Source: a virus (Duplodnaviria > Heunggongvirae > Uroviricota > Caudoviricetes). Taken from it: 56,826 nucleotides of DNA. The position numbers and the translations under genes are program-made. This document shows, one piece after another, positions 49,302-56,826 of this stretch (its first letter is position 1; each line of letters opens with the position of its first letter). Under the pieces are notes generated by a model. That model was given only the letters and a program-made list of their open reading frames with translations, searched no databases and had not been told where the DNA came from. The stretch spans positions 88,125 to 144,950 of IMG/VR virus record IMGVR_UViG_3300042569_001383. One strand, 5' to 3'.

Positions 49302-51185
49302 TTAATAACTTACCACACGTCCTCTGATATCTTGTTGAGGAAATTTCAATTCAAAAATGCTAGGATCTAACGACGGATAAATAATACCATTTTTTGTAGC
49401 AGTTGCTAAATCGTATACGTTTCCGGAATAATTAAAATCAGTATCATACAAATTAATAAAGTTAACCCCAACTACATTTTGAACACCTTTAACATTGGCA
49501 ATTGCAGTTAATACTTCAGATTTGTTGATAGGTTGATTTATTTGCCATTTATCGATATTAAACATGTCACGTACTACGGCATTACATTTCAACAAAGTTT
49601 CGTTTGAATTGTAATTTGGAAGCGTTGTAATTTCAAAATCAATACCAATATTAATAATAAATGCATCTTTAATATTTATCGCATCAGTTAACATTCGATA
49701 ATAACCAATGTATGTTTTTAAATTTTCTTTAATTGCTTGGTTACATGCTATTAATTTTTTATTTGCATCAAATCCGAGAATATACATGTTTAATGCTAAT
49801 GGATTTGCAAGTCTAGTTTGTGTGGCATCTGCTTGCGAAATTTGGTCATCTGGTACTATATATGCTTTAGCAACACTACCAAATTTTGCTGGCATTGAAT
49901 ATGCACGAATTACATAATCTTCTTTTGTAACTAAACGATTTTGTGTAGCAAAATTTGCCATCGCATTGTTTTTAATATCAACATCCGAGTCAGCACTTTT
50001 TGCACCTGTAGCTGGACCTGGATTTTGTACAGATACTGACTGTTTAACAAAATTCATCATAGCACCCGATGCTGTAGAGTTGATATCGGAATCATATGTA
50101 ATTGTATTGATTTTAGTCAATGTTTTTGCTGGTACATTTTCGCTAATTCCATTTGATACTACATATGTAATTGTTAACGTAGTGTTTGATGGGGCTTGGC
50201 CGTAAGTTCTTGTATATAAAAAGTTAGCAGGATCAATATCAATATCAATGGTACGACGAAATCCAGCTAATCCATTTCCTACATTGTCTGGGTTTGGAAT
50301 AATTTCTTCATCATTGTTATCAGATATTCCAGCTCCGAATTGTAATTCCATACGATTGTCACTTCGCAATCTCGTAACGAAACGCTTAGCAGTTTTCTTC
50401 ATTTTTAACAAACTTGGTGCATTTGCTCGATATTGCGATAAATCCGGATCATTTTCTAATAGATTAGGTACAGCTTCAAATATAGTATCTTGTGCTAAAT
50501 ATGGAACTTCATACCAATTATCTCCATCTGACTCTGTTACGGAAATTATTTCTATGATGTTCGTATCATTAAGTAAAACTTTGTCATATGGTAACGGCGT
50601 TCCAAAAGAAAATGTAACTGTCTTGGTTTCGCCTGAAACTGCTTTTGCTTTTTTCTTTAATAAAAAATAGGTTGGTGTCGACGTTGCTGCATCCACATCA
50701 TATATGGTTACTTCGGTAGTATCATATGACGAAGAATATGAAAAATTAATAGCATCCAACGTTCGAAATAGACTCGAGTTGTTAGAATCCGGTTTTACTT
50801 GCATTCCGGGTTGAATTGATAATGCGTAATTGTAATCCGGTTTTACATTTGCTCCAGAACCAATTGCCGGAACAATTTGATATACATCTAAATCAACAAA
50901 TGCTGGCGTAGCTGTTTTTGGTTTATATCCTAAAGATTTAGCTAAATCATAAATATTACCGCGTTCAACGGCTTGATCTAAAAATGATTCACGTAAATTA
51001 GTATCCGAATAAAAACTTAAAACGTCGCCTACATATGATGCAAGTTCAATAAACAACATACCAGGCGATGCATCTGAGAAATCAGTGTATGTATTTGGGA
51101 AATATTGTTTCGCAAAATCAATCAAATTTTGTTTGTATTGACCGAAATCTTTTCCTATATATGATATATCTTTTTTAGTTTCCAT
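49302..51185 (-). CDS. Baseplate wedge protein (T4 gp6 / baseplate J-like)
   Basis: KDFGQYKQNLIDFAKQYFP.TYTDF..ASPGM.FIELASYVGDVLSFY, QNRLVTKEDY..R. Confidence 0.92.
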   Translation of the reverse strand: METKKDISYIGKDFGQYKQNLIDFAKQYFPNTYTDFSDASPGMLFIELASYVGDVLSFYSDTNLRESFLDQAVERGNIYDLAKSLGYKPKTATPAFVDLDVYQIVPAIGSGANVKPDYNYALSIQPGMQVKPDSNNSSLFRTLDAINFSYSSSYDTTEVTIYDVDAATSTPTYFLLKKKAKAVSGETKTVTFSFGTPLPYDKVLLNDTNIIEIISVTESDGDNWYEVPYLAQDTIFEAVPNLLENDPDLSQYRANAPSLLKMKKTAKRFVTRLRSDNRMELQFGAGISDNNDEEIIPNPDNVGNGLAGFRRTIDIDIDPANFLYTRTYGQAPSNTTLTITYVVSNGISENVPAKTLTKINTITYDSDINSTASGAMMNFVKQSVSVQNPGPATGAKSADSDVDIKNNAMANFATQNRLVTKEDYVIRAYSMPAKFGSVAKAYIVPDDQISQADATQTRLANPLALNMYILGFDANKKLIACNQAIKENLKTYIGYYRMLTDAINIKDAFIINIGIDFEITTLPNYNSNETLLKCNAVVRDMFNIDKWQINQPINKSEVLTAIANVKGVQNVVGVNFINLYDTDFNYSGNVYDLATATKNGIIYPSLDPSIFELKFPQQDIRGRVVSY

Positions 51186-51190
51186 GTGAG

Positions 51191-51637
51191 TTATTCGATT
51201 GTAATATTACCTGTATTTGATGTGTTTAAAGTTATAGTTTGACCTAACAATGATGTTGATACTGTAAACTGAATTGAAATTGTAATTAAATAAATTAAAC
51301 TTGGATCATCTTCTGCAGTTTTAATATCAATGTTTTGTATATTAATATATGGCAACCAAGTAGATACTGCAGATTGTATTAAATCTACTATATCAGGTTT
51401 AATTTCATCTATGTTCGGTTCAAAAATAATTTCTTTTAAATTGCAACCAAATTTTATCCAATCACCGGTTCGTTCACCTGGATATGTTAATAGTAAATTT
51501 TTAAAATTATTCCTAGCTTGTTCTTCATACGTGTACGCTGTTTGAAATGTACCTGGTGCTGAATATAAAAGGGAAATACCAAACGGAGTTTGTGTATTTG
51601 TGTTTGCAACGTTACTAGGAATTATTACATATGACAT
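51191..51637 (-). CDS. Baseplate wedge / sheath initiator (T4 gp25-like)
   Basis: ARNNFKNLLLTYPGER....FGCNLKEIIFE, I.SAVSTWLPYINI. Confidence 0.9.
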   Translation of the reverse strand: MSYVIIPSNVANTNTQTPFGISLLYSAPGTFQTAYTYEEQARNNFKNLLLTYPGERTGDWIKFGCNLKEIIFEPNIDEIKPDIVDLIQSAVSTWLPYINIQNIDIKTAEDDPSLIYLITISIQFTVSTSLLGQTITLNTSNTGNITIE

Positions 51638-52134
51638 TAGTTACCTTTTTTCTTTTCAATTGCTTTCATTAACGCAGAATAATCTCGTGTCATAGCTTGT
51701 GCTACTTCCGGTGCTACGTCATATGTTTTACCAGTTTCTGGGTCTTCCATTATACTTGGCGCAGCATTAACAGTTCGAGACATACCAAACGTTTGTGCAT
51801 TAGATGAGTCGAAACGCAATTCATCCATTCCTTCTTGCAATAGTTCTTTAAACCCACTGATTCCTGCAGGATTAGTTTCAAGTAATGGGTCAGTCTGATT
51901 TAATACAGATGCCCATTTATTTTCAGAAAATTGAACTTTTGGTTTCTTACCAACTTCATTTGCCATTCTCGGAGCAATTGTTTGTCCTGTAATACGAGAA
52001 ACAGCTGATTTCTTCGGCTGTGCCATTTCATTAATAGTAGATTGTAATCCTTCTTTAAGAATTTCAGTTAATTCTTCTTTTATAACTTCACGTACGGCTA
52101 CTTTAAGTGCTTTTATTAATGTTTTTGAATCCAT
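51637..52134 (-). CDS. Hypothetical protein, possibly protease-processed
   Basis: VREVIKEELTEILKEG, several L/I-x-E sites, ends MTRDYSALMKA. Confidence 0.65.
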   Translation of the reverse strand: MDSKTLIKALKVAVREVIKEELTEILKEGLQSTINEMAQPKKSAVSRITGQTIAPRMANEVGKKPKVQFSENKWASVLNQTDPLLETNPAGISGFKELLQEGMDELRFDSSNAQTFGMSRTVNAAPSIMEDPETGKTYDVAPEVAQAMTRDYSALMKAIEKKKGN

Positions 52135-52148
52135 ATGATAATTTTATT

Positions 52149-52157
52149 AATAAATAT
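52149..52157 (-). promoter_or_regulatory. Late promoter motif variant ATATTTATT
   Basis: Upstream of ATG 52134. Confidence 0.6.
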
Positions 52158-52175
52158 TAGTAATTGTAAATTTGA

Positions 52176-52991
52176 TTATATATTTATGCCAGTACCCCAG
52201 CCTAACTGTGTTTTAGGCCCATATATAATATCAGTATCGGTATCAATATAATAATCGTCGATATCGCCTGCAGATATAGTTGGAGTAGCTGTTCCTGCAA
52301 TAACTTTGCTAGGTGCTTCTTTTAAATTTGTTAACACGTTGACTTGTTGATCTACCAAACTTTCTATCAACAATAATCTAGAATTAATATCAAAATCTGA
52401 TACATTAAGTTCCGTATAAAATTGTGTTGGTACGTTTAAATCATCGTTAAACAAATTTAAGTCATCAATTGCATCATTGATTTCAGCTGACACATTGAAT
52501 GTTTCTGTGTTACATATTGCTGATAATTTAGATATAGCTTTTGCTAATAATTGATTGATTCTCGCAAATGAAATATTGATAGCAGATACCATGCCTTGTA
52601 ACGATGATATTGATGATTTTGCATTCTTACCTAAATTATCGAACGTAGTTATTAATTTGGCAATCGGTCCAGATGGCACGCCTGGAACTGATGGTATTGC
52701 TAATTGTACTGTCGATAAAACAGTAGCAACAGTAGATATTGTAGTAATAACCGGTGTTATTCGATTAATTAAATTTAATCCGTTTTTAATGTTATCAATT
52801 AAACTGTATAATTGTTGCAATTTTAATTTAGCAGATTTAACGGCAGGATCATTGCAATCTAAATTTGGAGATAACTGAGAAACTTCATTAATAAACTTTT
52901 CGGCTTCCGTTGATAATGTATCAACTTGTTTCATTAAAACAGGTATTAACTGTTTAATTAATTTTGCCGGTATGTTAGTTCCTATTGCCAT
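52176..52991 (-). CDS. Helical baseplate-region protein
   Basis: Long amphipathic helices; C-term DYYIDTDTDIIYGPK motif of the kind seen in fibre proteins. Confidence 0.6.
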   Translation of the reverse strand: MAIGTNIPAKLIKQLIPVLMKQVDTLSTEAEKFINEVSQLSPNLDCNDPAVKSAKLKLQQLYSLIDNIKNGLNLINRITPVITTISTVATVLSTVQLAIPSVPGVPSGPIAKLITTFDNLGKNAKSSISSLQGMVSAINISFARINQLLAKAISKLSAICNTETFNVSAEINDAIDDLNLFNDDLNVPTQFYTELNVSDFDINSRLLLIESLVDQQVNVLTNLKEAPSKVIAGTATPTISAGDIDDYYIDTDTDIIYGPKTQLGWGTGINI

Positions 52992-54034
52992 TATATATTA
53001 ATATTAGTTTTTTTGTATTTATCTACTAAAACATTGTCATTGGTTAATTCAGCAAACAATTTAGCATAATCTGCGTCTGGAATAGAATATAACTCAGTAC
53101 AAATTGCACCACTTGAATCTGCAAAACCAATTTTAAGTACCGATACAATTTTTTGTAGTAAACTTACAACAGCTGTAGAATGTAAAAGTGGTTCTTTATC
53201 TGTTTTATCAGACGAACCAATATATACAGTAGGAGCATTTATTTCAATGCTACGTTTAGCATCTACGATAACAGAATCTGTTTTTGATTTCAATACAATT
53301 CTATCCGCAACACCTACTAGTTGTGATTTGTTAAAATTTGATACGCTATTTTCTGACGCTACTGGATTTGATGTTGTTAATGTATTAAGCTTCTGATCGC
53401 TTGTTAAATACAAACACGATGCATCGGTATCAAAATTCTCAACTACAAATTCAGAACCAGATTGTTTTCTGTTTGACAATATTATTATTGGAGAACCAAC
53501 GTTGCCTGAATAATTTGGATTAACATCTACACGTGCACGAGTTGTATCTATTGTACTTCCAAAACGTATACTATTGCCCCACCGACCTTCGATAGCCGAA
53601 TCTCCTTCGTACAATTGAAGCGCCGGTATACTGCGTTCTGTAAACGTATCTGCGGAGCCAGTTGCTGTATTATTATATTTGCTTAAGCCAGGCAACGCAT
53701 TGTTATTTGTATTAGATGATACCGACAATGTAGTTAAATAATACCATTGCGGAGATAAACGTTCGATATTCGAATCTTCCCCATATGCTTTAAATATCAA
53801 AACTTGTTCGCCAACGATTGGAATTCGTTTCGTGTTGTTGTCTGCCGGTTTAATATTGTATAATGTAGGTGAGTATGGATCTGGTGAAATTATTTTGCAA
53901 GTAATTTCATAAACATGATGTACGTTATCCGCAGATTCTCGTTGTTCTCGTAATGTGTATGTTTCTTTAGATGGTATTGCAAGTACCTCTGCTACATACA
54001 ATGATATGGGAGTTCCGTTATATTCGGCATTCAT
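52991..54034 (-). CDS. Baseplate hub / central spike (T4 gp5 OB-fold-like, no lysozyme domain)
   Basis: RIPIVGEQVLIF, EGDSAIEGRWGNSIRFGST, GVADRIVLKSK.D..I.A..SIEINAP.VYIG. Confidence 0.75.
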   Translation of the reverse strand: MNAEYNGTPISLYVAEVLAIPSKETYTLREQRESADNVHHVYEITCKIISPDPYSPTLYNIKPADNNTKRIPIVGEQVLIFKAYGEDSNIERLSPQWYYLTTLSVSSNTNNNALPGLSKYNNTATGSADTFTERSIPALQLYEGDSAIEGRWGNSIRFGSTIDTTRARVDVNPNYSGNVGSPIIILSNRKQSGSEFVVENFDTDASCLYLTSDQKLNTLTTSNPVASENSVSNFNKSQLVGVADRIVLKSKTDSVIVDAKRSIEINAPTVYIGSSDKTDKEPLLHSTAVVSLLQKIVSVLKIGFADSSGAICTELYSIPDADYAKLFAELTNDNVLVDKYKKTNINI

Positions 54035-54037
54035 TAA

Positions 54038-54472
54038 TTATGCCCCCGTTATTTTTTGTTTGGCGGAATCTATTTTGTTTTGCAAAACGCGTTCTTGTTG
54101 ATCCATTTTTCGCAGATCTTCAATTTCATCTGTTAATTCTGTTTCCAAAGTAGATTCTGCAATTTTAAGTAATTGTTGTTTTTCATCATCACTTAATAAC
54201 GAGTCGACTCCGGCAATAGTTTGTTGAGTTGAAATATAACGCTGAACAATTGCAGTTAATTTTACGAGGTGATCGTCATTTTTAACTGCAACGTCTAGGT
54301 ATTCTTTGATTAACGGAACAATTATCGTAGCATCAGACGCATTCTTAATTAATGGCTGTAATTGAGCTATTAACTGAGTTATTTGCCTGTCTTTCTTTTT
54401 GCTGTTATGATACACGTCAGACATTAAATCTGCAAATGATGTACCTTTAAATAATTCTTCGTTTTTATCCAT
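54038..54472 (-). CDS. Helical protein; candidate terminase small subunit (T4 gp16-like)
   Basis: N-x19-KNA-x19-N-x3-L spacing matches my recollection of the T4 gp16 core; tandem late motif upstream. Confidence 0.4.
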   Translation of the reverse strand: MDKNEELFKGTSFADLMSDVYHNSKKKDRQITQLIAQLQPLIKNASDATIIVPLIKEYLDVAVKNDDHLVKLTAIVQRYISTQQTIAGVDSLLSDDEKQQLLKIAESTLETELTDEIEDLRKMDQQERVLQNKIDSAKQKITGA

Positions 54473-54485
54473 AATGAAACATTTA

Positions 54486-54500
54486 TATAAATATAAATAT
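54486..54500 (-). promoter_or_regulatory. Tandem late promoter motif ATATTTATATTTATA
   Basis: Two overlapping copies upstream of ATG 54472. Confidence 0.7.
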
Positions 54501-55201
54501 CAAAACGGTAACTTTATGAAATCAGTTTGTTCGTAGGCTTTAAATTTCTCATCATATATTTGTTTCAACGTTTTAACTACACGTGTAATATTTGTAGTTT
54601 CTAATCCCGTACGTTCTCTAATAAAAATATACAAAGCTTTTTTGTTGAAGTCTTCTATGTTGTCGCGAGATTCAAATATATGCAACACTGAATCAGCAAC
54701 ATGTATATCAGTTGAATTTGAAAAAATTAAATTCAAATTATCATAGCAATATTCAATATACGCATCCATAAAATACCGCAATGTTTCTCGCATTTCATCG
54801 TTGTGAATTTCTGTAAGAATATTGCGTTGTTCGTCGATATCAATTGTTTGTGTATCGGCTTTAACTTTCGCATATCCTTTTTGATTTTCTCCAATTAAAT
54901 AATTGAACGATGTTCTTGTATAATATGAATATGCCTTGCCAGCATCAGGATTGAATTTATCCAATCTTGCAGTTAAAAATGTAACTAAATCAGTTTGTAA
55001 ATCAGCAAACGTTGAATCAATGTAATCTGGTTTCATCTTGTTGATAAGATTTTCTGCCATTTTCATGAAAGCTGGATAAATAAATCTACGATAAATTTTT
55101 TCACGCAAAGCTGGATTAGCTTCGCATTTATTGTAACCCAATATTGCTAATTCGGTTATTTTAGTAAAATATATATTACTTTTCTTCGCTCGCTTCGCCA
55201 T
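54500..55201 (-). CDS. Late-transcription sigma factor (T4 gp55-like); start moved to 55201
   Basis: IYFT...E.AI..YN, IY.AFMKMAENLI, DL......FL..RLDKFNPDAGKAYSYYTRT..NYLI (sigma region 2-like); no recognisable region 4. Confidence 0.75.
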   Translation of the reverse strand: MAKRAKKSNIYFTKITELAILGYNKCEANPALREKIYRRFIYPAFMKMAENLINKMKPDYIDSTFADLQTDLVTFLTARLDKFNPDAGKAYSYYTRTSFNYLIGENQKGYAKVKADTQTIDIDEQRNILTEIHNDEMRETLRYFMDAYIEYCYDNLNLIFSNSTDIHVADSVLHIFESRDNIEDFNKKALYIFIRERTGLETTNITRVVKTLKQIYDEKFKAYEQTDFIKLPF

Positions 55202-55475
55202 CAAACTCCTCTTTAAGATTATCAATTACTTCTTTTAACAAAGAAAATGTAGTACCAGCTTCGTCGTCTTTTTCAAAAGCACCGATACGGTCAAGTTCTT
55301 TCATTTTCATGTATGTTTCGCAAATCTTATCATACATATAAATGTTTGTCAATTCAACACTTTCATGATATTCGTCACTGTCTGCTAATAATCCAGCTAA
55401 AACATAAGCACGATAACCAAAATATACGCAGACTATTAGCAATGCGATACTTGTTAATGATAAAAATACTGTCAT
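55176..55475 (-). CDS. Small membrane-anchored hypothetical protein
   Basis: N-terminal TM helix VFLSLTSIALLIVCVYFGY; 3' end overlaps the sigma factor start. Confidence 0.7.
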   Translation of the reverse strand: MTVFLSLTSIALLIVCVYFGYRAYVLAGLLADSDEYHESVELTNIYMYDKICETYMKMKELDRIGAFEKDDEAGTTFSLLKEVIDNLKEEFDGEASEEK

Positions 55476-56245
55476 GAGTTAAATGCTTTAAAAATGTCAG
55501 TTAATGATTTTTCAACTTCTGGATTGTTTTCTGCTAGATTTTTTAATCCGTTGCTTTTAGTAACTTTGCTTTTTTCAACAACTGGTTTAGGAGTTGCATT
55601 GTTTCGATTTCTCCAACGTTCAAATTCAATGGTTGATGCCATATGATCTGCGTGATGCAAAATAATTGGAAGATTGGTTTTCAATTTAGCTTGTGGTGAT
55701 CTAGCAACAAAATACGGTTTATTTGCTTCGTCATACATTCCATCATGAATTTTGATTGCTTGATATTCTGTCCAAGACATTTTAACACCATATTCTTGCA
55801 ACAACCAAATTGATAAATCTGGTACCATTGTGAACGGAATGTTTGGATTTGCTTTGTACAATTTTCCTTGATTCTTACGATGCCAATCTGAAGTTTCTAT
55901 TTGATACACTTCATTGCCGTCACCTGGAAATCCTACTTTGCCTAAATCATGATGCATTGCAGCAAACATCATTTCTTCTTTAGTATAACCAGACATATCA
56001 GCACCCATCGCGGTCCAAGTAAAATGTAATGAATCAACGCAATCCATAACACGAAGTACGTGGTCTACATAACCTCCGGCAAATGCATTATGAAAATGTT
56101 CCATGGAAGATGCTGGCATCATTGCCATGCGATCTTCAAAATCATCATACATTCGATTTAATGCCGTTTTACGAGTAGGAAATAATGTATTAACTAGTTC
56201 TCGATATCGTTCCCAATTCGACTTAATTTTTTCTGCTTCTAACAT
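55472..56245 (-). CDS. HD-domain phosphohydrolase
   Basis: PAS...HFHNAFAGGY.DHVLRV, HHDLGK, IKIHDG, LHHAD. Confidence 0.9.
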   Translation of the reverse strand: MLEAEKIKSNWERYRELVNTLFPTRKTALNRMYDDFEDRMAMMPASSMEHFHNAFAGGYVDHVLRVMDCVDSLHFTWTAMGADMSGYTKEEMMFAAMHHDLGKVGFPGDGNEVYQIETSDWHRKNQGKLYKANPNIPFTMVPDLSIWLLQEYGVKMSWTEYQAIKIHDGMYDEANKPYFVARSPQAKLKTNLPIILHHADHMASTIEFERWRNRNNATPKPVVEKSKVTKSNGLKNLAENNPEVEKSLTDIFKAFNS

Positions 56246-56261
56246 AACTTTTTTTATTATT

Positions 56262-56290
56262 ATAATAAGTAATTATTTTCGCAATTCCAA
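56262..56290 (-). promoter_or_regulatory. Sigma70-like early/middle promoter
   Basis: TTGGAA-N17-TATTAT upstream of the HD gene; would also cover the late sigma gene. Confidence 0.6.
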
Positions 56291-56434
56291 AACATGACCA
56301 TTAACTAGTTTCGATGTGCATTCCCAACATGTAATTGCAGTGGCTTTTTCATCAACTCGTTCACAAACCGTATCGCAATATTTGCATTGCAACCTTTTAT
56401 ATCCTTTTGGTGGTTGTGTTGTTTTTTTCTTCAT
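56273..56434 (-). CDS. 53-aa zinc-ribbon protein (absent from ORF track)
   Basis: MKKKTTQPPKGYKRLQCKYCDTVCERVDEKATAITCWECTSKLVNGHVLELRK; two CxxC pairs; ATGA overlap with the upstream stop. Confidence 0.75.
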   Translation of the reverse strand: MKKKTTQPPKGYKRLQCKYCDTVCERVDEKATAITCWECTSKLVNGHVLELRK

Positions 56435-56610
56435 TCTCGGTCTATGTAATATTTTGCTGAATCTAATTTCGTAAGTGCTTTTGCTAGATTTGTCAATGCA
56501 GATGCCTTGTCGATTTTACCTTCTTTTAACATTAAACCCGTTGTACGGATAATTTCACGAGCATCTTCGATGTCGTCTGTCATTTTTGCTTTGTAACGGT
56601 ACTGTGCCAT
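56431..56610 (-). CDS. Small helical hypothetical protein (start moved to 56610)
   Basis: MAQYRYKAKMTDDIEDARE...; late motif 17 nt upstream. Confidence 0.65.
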   Translation of the reverse strand: MAQYRYKAKMTDDIEDAREIIRTTGLMLKEGKIDKASALTNLAKALTKLDSAKYYIDRE

Positions 56611-56627
56611 AATATAACTTTCTTTTA

Positions 56628-56636
56628 TATAAATAT
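56628..56636 (-). promoter_or_regulatory. Late promoter motif ATATTTATA
   Basis: Abuts the uvsE stop; upstream of ATG 56610. Confidence 0.65.
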
Positions 56637-56826
56637 TAATCAACTAAAATCGTCGATGTATTTTCTTGACAACATTGAACTCCAATTCGCATCAATGCTT
56701 GCTCTTTTGCTTTGGCTTCTACCATGATATCTACCGCATTAACACCATACGTATCAGGCGTAGACAAAATAAAGTCAGCATGAGCTTGTTCTTTTATTTT
56801 TGTGAATTCTTTGTATTGTTTGTGGA
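56636..56826 (-). CDS. uvsE: C-terminus of UV-damage endonuclease (UvsE/UvdE), partial
   Basis: Manual translation ...EQAHADFILSTPDTYGVNAVDIMVEAKAKEQAL...; AHAD and D(I/V)M(V/I)EAKAKE are the UvsE C-terminal motifs. Confidence 0.8.
   Translation of the reverse strand, partial: HKQYKEFTKIKEQAHADFILSTPDTYGVNAVDIMVEAKAKEQALMRIGVQCCQENTSTILVD

Noticed and set aside
55176-55475. Holin call for the small membrane protein
   Set aside because: It has a single TM helix, lies in an early/middle-type unit beside the sigma gene and has no endolysin nearby; evidence is insufficient
1085-56297. All plus-strand ORFs in the track (e.g. 5267-5794, 6554-7072, 27338-27757, 33266-33781, 42912-43196, 47196-47720)
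   Set aside because: Each lies antisense to a well-supported minus-strand gene, has no RBS or promoter, and shows the Val/Pro/Leu-rich composition expected from the reverse complement of Thr/Gly/Asn codons
264-56635. Reading TATAAATA on the plus strand as T4 late promoters for plus-strand genes
   Set aside because: No credible plus-strand genes follow them; their positions track minus-strand start codons
4800-56643. Track start codons at 4865, 13131, 21338, 55225 and 56643
   Set aside because: Each extends over a promoter motif or the upstream gene; downstream ATGs (4799, 13122, 21314, 55201, 56610) fit the spacing and coupling better
1-56826. Active genetic-code reassignment
   Set aside because: All conserved genes are intact and densely packed under the standard bacterial code
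1-56826. tRNA genes, rRNA, CRISPR arrays, IS elements, integrase
   Set aside because: Intergenic gaps are too short or AT-rich, and no cloverleaf, spaced repeat array or transposase motif was seen

Overview
This window is the virion-morphogenesis block of a large, AT-rich, T4-like contractile-tailed phage, not a cellular genome. All ~55 supported genes lie on the minus strand. In transcription order (right to left): the end of a UV-damage endonuclease, an HD hydrolase, a gp55-like late sigma factor, baseplate genes (gp5-, gp25- and gp6-like, plus LamG proteins), a tiny protein kinase, a T7 endo I / primase / fused Mre11-Rad50 island, a large multi-domain nucleotidyltransferase, a spanin-like pair, terminase, portal, prohead protease, putative internal head proteins, ribosomal protein bS21, scaffold, major capsid, PhoH, neck proteins (gp13/14/15-like), a long fibre, four tandem beta-helix paralogs, sheath, tube, tail chaperone and the start of a probable tape measure gene. 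A Bacteroidota host is inferred, not shown. The most interesting items are: (1) an 831-aa protein joining a HIGH-type nucleotidyltransferase, an RNase-like domain and a KxDG ligase-like domain, with protease-type junctions; (2) a minimal kinase and other proteins with T4-style capsid-targeting leaders, suggesting a virion-delivered enzyme set; (3) bS21 among late genes that often carry Shine-Dalgarno-like motifs; (4) two promoter classes, an ATATTTAT(A/T) late motif at 19 loci and TTGGAW-N17-TATWAT at 4 loci; (5) a probable +1/-2 frameshift in the tail chaperone. All family assignments come from motif recognition by eye; no database search was run.
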